From Spirochaetia bacterium (GTDB lineage Bacteria; Spirochaetota; Spirochaetia; SZUA-6; Bin103), in contig OZ241863.1 in the NCBI GenBank assembly GCA_965203055.1, positions 3,200,001-3,264,000 of the forward strand: a stretch of 64,000 bases of DNA, in the 5' to 3' direction. Of the stretch, positions 56,983-64,000 are shown piece after piece. The notes beneath the pieces were generated by a model, which was given only the letters and a program-made list of their open reading frames with translations, had not been told where the DNA came from and made no database searches. How positions within the stretch are numbered: position 1 is the first letter of the stretch; every line of letters begins with the position of its first letter. The translations under genes were made by a program, and so were the position numbers.

Positions 56983-58425
56983 GTGGCACGACGGCCCAAC
57001 GTTCTCTGGATCTGCACCGACCAGCAGCGCTACGACACCATCGGCTGCCTCGGCAATCCCCACGTAGACACGCCGGTGCTCGACCGGTTGTGCGCCGACG
57101 GCGTGGCCTTCAGCCGCACCTACTGCCAGAGCCCGGTGTGCCAGCCGAGCCGCGCCAGCTTCCTGACCGGCCTCTACCCCAACACCGTGCACGTGAACCG
57201 CAACGGCAACGCCTATTTCCCCGCCAGCGAACGGGTGCGGCTGATCACCCGCCGGCTGGCCGACGCCGGCTACGACTGCGGTCTGGCCGGCAAGCTGCAC
57301 CTCGCCTCGGCCTGGCCCGGTGCCGAAGCGCGCACCGACGACGGCTACCGGGTGTTCCATTACAGCGTGTCGGCCACCCAGTTCACCGGCCGCGGCAACG
57401 CCTACAGCGACTGGCTGCGGCGGATCGGCCGGCTGGACGAAGCGCTGGACACCAGCGGCGTGGACGAGGCGCGCAACCGCGGCGCCCGCTACCGCCCGGA
57501 CGTGCCCGCGGAGCTGCATCAGACCAGTTGGTGCGCCGACCGCGCCATCGACTTCATGCGCGAGGAGCGCGACGGCCCCTGGCTGATGAGCGTGAACATC
57601 TTCGATCCGCACGGCCCGTTCGACGCGCCGCTCTCCTACCGCCGCCGCTACGAGGAGCGGGCGCTGCCGCCGGCGATCTACGGCGCGCGCGACGCGGCGA
57701 CCTGCGAACGGCTGGCGGGCGCGTTCTTCCAGGGCAGGCCGCAGCCGCCGGGCGCCCGGCAACGCCTGCAGAAGGCCAGCTACTACGCCATGATCACGCT
57801 GATCGACGAGCAGGTGGGACGCATGCTGGACGCGCTGGAGGCGACCGGCCAGCGCGGCGACACGGTGGTGATCTTCACTTCCGATCACGGGGAGATGCTG
57901 GGCGACCACGGCTTGACCGGGAAGGGATGCCGCTTCTACGAGGGCGCGGTGCGGGTACCGCTGATCGTCTCATGGCCCGGCGTGTTCGAGCGCGGGCTGG
58001 TGGCGGACGGCCTGGTGGAACTGACCGATCTGGCGCCGACCCTGGCCGAGCTGGCGGGTCTGGAGCCGGGGTGGACCCACGGGCGCTCACTGGCGCCGGT
58101 GCTCACCGGCGCCGCGGATCCTGCCCATCATCGGCCCTTCGTGCGCTGCGAGTACTACGACGCCCTCGACATGTACCTGCCGCAGGAGCCGGGGCGCCAC
58201 ACCCCGTGCTGGGCCACCATGTACCGCGACGAGCGCCACAAGCTGGTCAACTACCACGGCCTGGAGTACGGCGAACTGTACGACCTGGAGCGCGACCCGC
58301 ACGAGGCCGACAACCGGTGGGAGGAGCCGGCGGCGGCGGCGCTCCGCGCGGCGCTGACGCAGCGCAGCTTCGACGCCACCGTGGCCGCCTGCGACCCCGG
58401 CCCCGCGCAGCTCGGCCGCTTCTGA
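56983..58425 (+). CDS. Sulfatase
   Basis: PNVLWI.TDQ, CQPSRAS (CxPxR), GKLH, PH.P, SDHGEMLGDHG, ELYDL..DP.E. Confidence 0.94.
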   Translation: MARRPNVLWICTDQQRYDTIGCLGNPHVDTPVLDRLCADGVAFSRTYCQSPVCQPSRASFLTGLYPNTVHVNRNGNAYFPASERVRLITRRLADAGYDCGLAGKLHLASAWPGAEARTDDGYRVFHYSVSATQFTGRGNAYSDWLRRIGRLDEALDTSGVDEARNRGARYRPDVPAELHQTSWCADRAIDFMREERDGPWLMSVNIFDPHGPFDAPLSYRRRYEERALPPAIYGARDAATCERLAGAFFQGRPQPPGARQRLQKASYYAMITLIDEQVGRMLDALEATGQRGDTVVIFTSDHGEMLGDHGLTGKGCRFYEGAVRVPLIVSWPGVFERGLVADGLVELTDLAPTLAELAGLEPGWTHGRSLAPVLTGAADPAHHRPFVRCEYYDALDMYLPQEPGRHTPCWATMYRDERHKLVNYHGLEYGELYDLERDPHEADNRWEEPAAAALRAALTQRSFDATVAACDPGPAQLGRF

Positions 58426-58485
58426 CGGCGCCCGGCCCCTGGCGCGCGGACCGGAGCGCCGCCGAATGTCAGAGGCGGCCGGGGG

Positions 58486-58998
58486 TCAGAAGTTGGGGCG
58501 TTCGTCGGCCGAGGGGCCGTAAAGCGGCGGGAGCGGGATGTCGTTGAGGCGCAGGTAGACGCCGAGCTGCGCCCGGTGGTGGATCAGGTGGTTGAACACC
58601 ATGTTGCGCAGCACCGCTATCTTCGGCAGCGTCATGATGGTCGCGCCGTTCTGGCGCAGCGACCAGGGCCGCATCAAGTCGGCGTTGGCGGCCGCGGCCA
58701 GGGCGGCCCGCGCCGCGGCGGCGTTCTTGTCGAGCGCCGCCACCAGGTCGGCGGCGCCGGCCGGGCGCGGCGGCGGAGGCAGCGGCTTGCCGCCGGGCAT
58801 CAGGTCCAGCTCGTCCTGCTCGATGGTCAGCACGCCCCACGACGGAATGTTGGCGAGGTGGGTAGCCAGCCACACCATGGTCCCCGACTTCGGATGCGGG
58901 CGCCAGTCGAACCGATTCTCCGGCACCCGTTCCAGCGTCTTCCGCGCCCCCGCCACCTCGTGGTCGAACTCCGGCAGCATGCTTTCACCGATCGTCAT
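58486..58998 (-). CDS. DinB family protein
   Basis: E....RK.LE..P, W.PH.KS, LA.H, NH.IHHRAQL.VYLR.....P..YGPSAD. Confidence 0.9.
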   Translation of the reverse strand: MTIGESMLPEFDHEVAGARKTLERVPENRFDWRPHPKSGTMVWLATHLANIPSWGVLTIEQDELDLMPGGKPLPPPPRPAGAADLVAALDKNAAAARAALAAAANADLMRPWSLRQNGATIMTLPKIAVLRNMVFNHLIHHRAQLGVYLRLNDIPLPPLYGPSADERPNF

Positions 58999-59066
58999 GT
59001 GAGCTCCTCCTGCGGAAAGTGTACCGCGCAGCGCCCGGTCCGGGCCATTGGCCCAAGTGAGTGAGC

Positions 59067-59096
59067 GGGCGGAGGCCGCCGGGCCGGCCTCCGCCC
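59067..59096 (-). terminator. GC-rich hairpin downstream of solute-binding gene
   Basis: 12-bp stem GGGCGGAGGCCG/CGGCCTCCGCCC with 6-nt loop; no clear U-tract. Confidence 0.55.
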
Positions 59097-59119
59097 CTGC
59101 GCCGTCGTCCGGGCGCGGC

Positions 59120-60682
59120 TTACCGGGCCGCGTACTGCGCCCGCGCCTCCTCCAATACGGCCTCGCCGCCGGCGCGCATCCACTGCGCGACGTAGGTGTC
59201 CCAGTCGTCCCCGGTGTCGGCCGCGCCGGTGACCGCCTTCCACAGATACTCTTCGCGGATGCGCGCCATGTCGGCGCGGTACTGATTCTGCGTTTCCAGC
59301 ACCCAGCCGTGGCCGAGCGCCGGGGTGATGATGTCGTAGCTCTCCTGGCGCGCCGCCATCTCCTCGGCGTCGCTGCCGAACGAGGCGGTGAACATCCAGC
59401 CGTAGCGGATGTTGGTGAGGAAGAACTTCACCCCCAGATCGCCCTGCGCCTCCATGCCCTGCGCCGCCGGCAGGAACTGGCGCATGCCGTCCTCGTCGAA
59501 CTCGAAGTGCTCGCCCTCCAGGCCGGACCAGATCAGGTTGTGGTAGAACGGATCGGCCAGTTGCAGGTCGATCAGCCCGAGGATCTTCTCCAGTTGCCGG
59601 TCAGTGGTGTCCTTGCCGATGGTGTGGTAGGTCCACAGCGCGGGGCGCAGTTCCCAGGTCGGCGCGTAACCGGCGGCGGTCAACTGACCGAGGTACTCCA
59701 CCGCGGCGTTGGCGTCCTTCTCGAACAGGTTCGGGAACCAGGTGCCGGGCCGGTACTTGGGCAACACCCAGGTCCAGGAGTCGCCGGCGAAACCGACGTG
59801 GCCATCCTGGAACAGCGATCCGACCGCGAGCTTGTCGGGCAGCGTGATGTCGGGATGGATCACGCCCGCCTCCCACATGCCGTTCATCCACGCCAGGAAG
59901 TCGCGGAAGCCGTCGGTGACCTCGAAGAACTTGATGTCGCCGGTCGCCGGATCGAGATAGGGGCGCTCGATGTGCTCGTAGCCGAACGCCGCCAGGAAGG
60001 TGCGCAGGTTGTTGGTCCAGTTGCCGGCCGAAGTCGCCGAGGTGGCGAACCCCCAGGTGTCCTTCTGGCCGTTGCCGTCGGGATCGTCGAAGGTGAAGCG
60101 GCGCGCCGCCTCGGCGAACTCCTCCACCGTGGTCGGCGCCGCGGCGCCCACCGCCTCCAGCCAGTCGCTGCGCACCACCACCTGGTGCTTGATCTCGACG
60201 CCGCCGTTGGGCAGCGCCCACAGCGTTTCGCCCTCCGCGTCCCACGACGGGAAGTCGAACCAGATTCCGGCCACCGTCCCTTCGGCGTAGTCGCGCCAGT
60301 AGGTGGGGGCGTGCCGCTTGACCATGTCCAGTGGAATCGGGCGCAGCAGCCCCTCATCCTGGTAGCGCAGGAAGTTGTTCTGGCTGGCCAGGATGTGGTG
60401 CGGAATTTCGCCCGCGGCGAACAGCAGGTTCATCTCCTCGGGGCTGGCGAAGTCGGCCTTGACCGGGCGCAGGTCGATGTTCAACGCCTGGTTGAACTCG
60501 CGGATGATCGGACTGTCGGGCTGCGGGTAGAGCGCGCCGCCCGGCGTCTTCAGGCGCAGGCCCACCCAGTCGATCGCGACCGGCCCTTCGTCCGCGGCTG
60601 CGGTGTCTTCCGTGCCGGCGGCGAACCCGGCCGGCGCCGCCGCAATGAGGACGATGAATGCAAGTACGGTGAATCTCGTCAC
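59120..60682 (-). CDS. Carbohydrate ABC transporter solute-binding protein (LplA-like)
   Basis: Signal peptide ..FAAGTE, R.DWL, P.T.EEF, DPDGNGQKDTWG, G.EG.HF; AAGGAG RBS before GTG. Confidence 0.9.
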   Translation of the reverse strand: MTRFTVLAFIVLIAAAPAGFAAGTEDTAAADEGPVAIDWVGLRLKTPGGALYPQPDSPIIREFNQALNIDLRPVKADFASPEEMNLLFAAGEIPHHILASQNNFLRYQDEGLLRPIPLDMVKRHAPTYWRDYAEGTVAGIWFDFPSWDAEGETLWALPNGGVEIKHQVVVRSDWLEAVGAAAPTTVEEFAEAARRFTFDDPDGNGQKDTWGFATSATSAGNWTNNLRTFLAAFGYEHIERPYLDPATGDIKFFEVTDGFRDFLAWMNGMWEAGVIHPDITLPDKLAVGSLFQDGHVGFAGDSWTWVLPKYRPGTWFPNLFEKDANAAVEYLGQLTAAGYAPTWELRPALWTYHTIGKDTTDRQLEKILGLIDLQLADPFYHNLIWSGLEGEHFEFDEDGMRQFLPAAQGMEAQGDLGVKFFLTNIRYGWMFTASFGSDAEEMAARQESYDIITPALGHGWVLETQNQYRADMARIREEYLWKAVTGAADTGDDWDTYVAQWMRAGGEAVLEEARAQYAAR

Positions 60683-60752
60683 GTCGTATCTCCTTGTGGA
60701 TCGGTGTCGTGTGCGGGCGGCCGCGCCGCCCTGTCCCCGTAACACGGGGGCG

Positions 60753-61673
60753 TCATCCCTTCAGTGAGCCTATCATGATGCCGCGCACGAAATAACGTTG
60801 CACGAACGGGTACGCGAGCAGAATCGGGCCGATGGAGATCAACACCGTGGCGGCCTTGATCGACTCCGGCACCACCGACTCGGCGCCGGCCACGGAATCG
60901 TTGCTCTCCCCCAGAAACGCCGAGTCATCCTGGTCGATGATCACCCGGCGCAGTACCAGTTGCAACACCGTCTTGGTCTCGTCGCGAATGTAGATCAGCG
61001 CGTCGAACCAGGAGTTCCAGTGCTGCACCGCCACCCACAGCGCAATGGTGGCCATGATCGGCACCGACAGCGGAATGATGATCTGCAGCAGAATGCGGAA
61101 GAACGAGGCGCCGTCGATCATGGCCGACTCCTCCAGCGAGTCGGGAATGGTCATGATGAAGTTGCGCATGATCAACAGGTTGTAGGTGCCGAGCAGGATC
61201 GGGAAGATCAGCGCCGCTCGGGTGTCCAGCATGCCGAGGCTGCGCACCAGCAGGTAGCGCGGAATGAGGCCGCCGGAAAAGAACATCGGAATCAGGAAGA
61301 AGATGGTCAGGTAGTTGCGCAACGGCAGTTTCTTCTTGGCCAGCGGGTAGGCGGTGCAGAACGAGAAGAACACCGCCAGCGCCGTCCCGATTACGGTGCG
61401 GAACACGGTGTTGAGGTAGCCGTAGTAGATGAGGCGCGACGAGAAGGCCACCCGGTACGCCTCCAGGGTCACTTCCTCGGGCCACAGCTTGAGGCCCCAG
61501 CTCGACGCCAGCAGCCCCGGCAGCAGCGACACTACCGCGGTCTCCCAGAACGGGTAGATCATCAGCACCGAGAAGCCGAGCAGGAACAGGTAGTTGCCAA
61601 AGTCGAACAGCCGGTCGGGGGTCAGGCGCCGGCGCCCGGCGGCTACCAATGCCGCGCTCCTACCAGATGCCAT
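60753..61673 (-). CDS. Carbohydrate ABC transporter permease
   Basis: MFFSGGLIP.YL, IP.SLEESA.IDGA, HWNSWFD, YPFVQRYFV.GIMIGSLKG. Confidence 0.93.
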   Translation of the reverse strand: MASGRSAALVAAGRRRLTPDRLFDFGNYLFLLGFSVLMIYPFWETAVVSLLPGLLASSWGLKLWPEEVTLEAYRVAFSSRLIYYGYLNTVFRTVIGTALAVFFSFCTAYPLAKKKLPLRNYLTIFFLIPMFFSGGLIPRYLLVRSLGMLDTRAALIFPILLGTYNLLIMRNFIMTIPDSLEESAMIDGASFFRILLQIIIPLSVPIMATIALWVAVQHWNSWFDALIYIRDETKTVLQLVLRRVIIDQDDSAFLGESNDSVAGAESVVPESIKAATVLISIGPILLAYPFVQRYFVRGIMIGSLKG

Positions 61674-62604
61674 AGTCGGAGAATCGGTTCACGATGACGT
61701 TGGTGAACAGCAGCATCAGCAGGCCGAGCACGTTCTTGAACAGGCCGATGGCGGTGGAGTAGCTGTAGTCGAACTCCACCAGACCGATGCGGTAGACGTA
61801 GGTGTCGATGATGTCGCCCACCTCGTAGGTGATCGGGTTGTAGAGGTTGAATATCTCCTCGAAGCCGGCGTTCATCAGGAACCCGACCCGCAGGATGAAC
61901 AGGATCACGATTACCGGTGCCAGCGACGGGAGGGTGATCGACACGGCCTGGCGAAAGCGCCCGGCGCCGTCCACCGTGGCCGCCTCGTAGAGCTGCGGGT
62001 CGATGGACGAAATGGCGGCCAGGTAGATGATCGAGCCCCAGCCGACGTCCTTCCAGATGTTGGCCGCCACCACCATGGGGCGGAAGAAGCCCGGTTCGAT
62101 CATGAAGTTGACCGGCTCCAGCCCGAGCAGCGCCAACAGGTAGTTGACCACCCCGCTGGTGGGGGAGAGGAGCTGCCGGATCAGGGCGGCGATCACCACC
62201 CAACTGATGAAGTGGGGCAGGTAGGAGATGGTCTGCACCACCTTCTTGAACCGTTGCGCGCGCACCTCGTTGAGCAGCAGCGCGAGCAGGATCGGGGCCG
62301 GAAACCCGAAGATGATCTTGTAGAAGGAGATCAGCAGCGTGTTGCGGAACACGTTGAGGAACTGCGGGCTGCGAAACAGCCGCTCGAAGTTGTCCAGACC
62401 CACCCACGGGCTGCCCAGGATGCCCTCCAGGATGCGGTACTTCTTGAAGGCGATGATCACCCCGTACATCGGGTAGTACTCGAAGATCAGGAACCAGGCG
62501 ATGGCCGGCAGCAGCATGATGAACAGGCCGCGGTAGAGGAGCACCGAACGCCACAGCCCGCGCCTGCCGGAATCGAGCGCGTCGTTCACCACCGGTTCAG
62601 CCAT
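61660..62604 (-). CDS. Carbohydrate ABC transporter permease (LplB-like)
   Basis: SPWVGL.NF, LLLNE, QTISYLPHFISWV, LYEAA.VDGA, IIDTYVY. Confidence 0.93.
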   Translation of the reverse strand: MAEPVVNDALDSGRRGLWRSVLLYRGLFIMLLPAIAWFLIFEYYPMYGVIIAFKKYRILEGILGSPWVGLDNFERLFRSPQFLNVFRNTLLISFYKIIFGFPAPILLALLLNEVRAQRFKKVVQTISYLPHFISWVVIAALIRQLLSPTSGVVNYLLALLGLEPVNFMIEPGFFRPMVVAANIWKDVGWGSIIYLAAISSIDPQLYEAATVDGAGRFRQAVSITLPSLAPVIVILFILRVGFLMNAGFEEIFNLYNPITYEVGDIIDTYVYRIGLVEFDYSYSTAIGLFKNVLGLLMLLFTNVIVNRFSDYGIW

Positions 62605-62729
62605 AGCCCGCCTATCCTGCCACACGCGGCCCACGCGAACAACCCGACGGGCGGCAGCCAACCACCGACCTGAACTCGGCGGCTATGGTAGCGGAGGCAG
62701 GGCCGCCGGCGGCCGCTGCCTGATCGCCG

Positions 62730-63998
62730 CTATCGATCGCGAAACGACAGGAGTCCGGGGCGCGCGCCATGGCTGTGGACGTGGTATATCAGGTCGTTGA
62801 GAATCTGCTCTCTCAGCCGGTAGATCGGCTTTCCCCGGTTGAACTCCGCCGGTTCCATCGAGACGGGAAACGCGGCGCTGACGCGCAACTGACGAACGTC
62901 GCCGTCCAACTCCAAAGCCGGGCTGATCCATAGGGCCAACGGTAACGAGCTACGCACTCTCGCCGGGTAGAGCATTTCGAGACCGAGATAGCACGGCACC
63001 GGTCCCCGGCGCGATTGGGCATAGTCGCAGGCCGCCTGCGCCTGCACCAATACCCAACGGAACCGATTATCGTCCGCTGTGAAGTCGCGACAGTGGAACT
63101 GCTTGTCGGCAGCGGTCATCTCATCAAGGCTGAAGCTGGCCTGAAATCTCTCCTGCAGTCTTGACGGCAGCGGAATGACAGCCCCGCGGGCGGAAGCTCG
63201 GGCGTCCAGGTCGAGATGAACCATGCGGTTGAGGCTACCCGCCTGCTTCCGTGAGAGTGGTTGCCCATCGGTCGCAGCGAGAGCGTTCTTCCATACATCA
63301 TCGTTGGAGCGCAGGTTGGCGATCCGGTCGGCCAGAATCGGCAGCAGGGCTTCATTCACGGCCCGAAACCGATCGTTCTCTACGTGTTCGCGGCCGACCG
63401 CCTCAATTCCGAGCCAGGCGAGAACCTTACCGGCGTCCGCAGCTCGATGAGCCGGAGCAAGCGTCGACGCCAGTGACAACACCGAAGATACCGTGGCCCC
63501 GGCAGCATGAAGCACGTTTCTCTCCCAGTCGAACAGAGCGCCCACCTGCGGCAATTTCCTGGTCAGGGCAACGATCTCCGCCATCAGATCTTCTTCGTCC
63601 TTCACGTTGCCCCGGCTATCGAGATGAACGCCCTTGTCAATAGCGATGACGGCGAACGGCTTCGTCACACTTTGGAGATTTTGATCGAGAAACGTCTCCA
63701 GACCGGTCGCCTGCTCCGGATATCCCGTCCACAGAAAGATGAAATATGGACCGCGGGGGACGATCGTTGCTTCTATCAGTCCGCCAAGTGCGGTAAACTG
63801 CCGAGTGTAGTCGGATGCCTGTCCGACCAAGTGCAGATCAGCAAAGATGATGCGCACGTCCGGGCACGGCTTGAGCGGCAGATCGCTCGGAAAGTGGATG
63901 GGGAGGCATGCGACGCCGTTACGTTGAAGGCCGTTCACTAAGCCGTCAAGATGTGTCTTGTTGTCATCGACGGCAAGGACCCGAGGTGATCCGAACAT
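62730..63998 (-). CDS. Hypothetical protein with N-terminal response-regulator receiver-like domain
   Basis: VLAVDD, IIFADLHL, LWT, IDK receiver pattern; C-terminal QAACDYAQ and YRLRE; lower GC. Confidence 0.7.
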   Translation of the reverse strand: MFGSPRVLAVDDNKTHLDGLVNGLQRNGVACLPIHFPSDLPLKPCPDVRIIFADLHLVGQASDYTRQFTALGGLIEATIVPRGPYFIFLWTGYPEQATGLETFLDQNLQSVTKPFAVIAIDKGVHLDSRGNVKDEEDLMAEIVALTRKLPQVGALFDWERNVLHAAGATVSSVLSLASTLAPAHRAADAGKVLAWLGIEAVGREHVENDRFRAVNEALLPILADRIANLRSNDDVWKNALAATDGQPLSRKQAGSLNRMVHLDLDARASARGAVIPLPSRLQERFQASFSLDEMTAADKQFHCRDFTADDNRFRWVLVQAQAACDYAQSRRGPVPCYLGLEMLYPARVRSSLPLALWISPALELDGDVRQLRVSAAFPVSMEPAEFNRGKPIYRLREQILNDLIYHVHSHGARPGLLSFRDR

Positions 63999-64000
63999 CG

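Overview
High-GC bacterial chromosomal window. The 'AAG..E'-type signal peptides on the ABC solute-binding proteins suggest a spirochaete, but this is tentative. Housekeeping blocks (aspS, yyaL-like, ribA, MoxR/DUF58/transglutaminase, a moeA-moaACDE-msrPQ operon, Xaa-Pro peptidase, EndoQ-UvrD fusion, two LplABC-type carbohydrate ABC transporters with sulfatase/SDR/cupin/FAD oxidoreductase) alternate with lower-GC accessory patches. These patches hold a restriction endonuclease + beta-class methyltransferase pair at the left edge, a decayed REase-like gene at 18.2-18.7 kb, a Schlafen/AlbA_2 gene with an AT-rich 135-bp-period tandem repeat, an intact ISAs1 element whose transposase carries DUF4338, and a defence-like island (HigBA-IrrE, PHP-ABC ATPase, Schlafen, tandem-duplicated-domain protein). 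They also include an ABC-ATPase + PIN pair and a receiver-like gene at the right edge. The most notable feature is a split NHEJ locus. One operon encodes Ku, an intact stand-alone ATP-dependent ligase and a BRCT-MerR-TPR protein. It faces a PE-LIG-POL LigD whose ligase domain has lost its catalytic lysine and OB fold. No rRNA, tRNA or CRISPR array was recognised. All assignments come from motif recognition by eye; no database searches were run.
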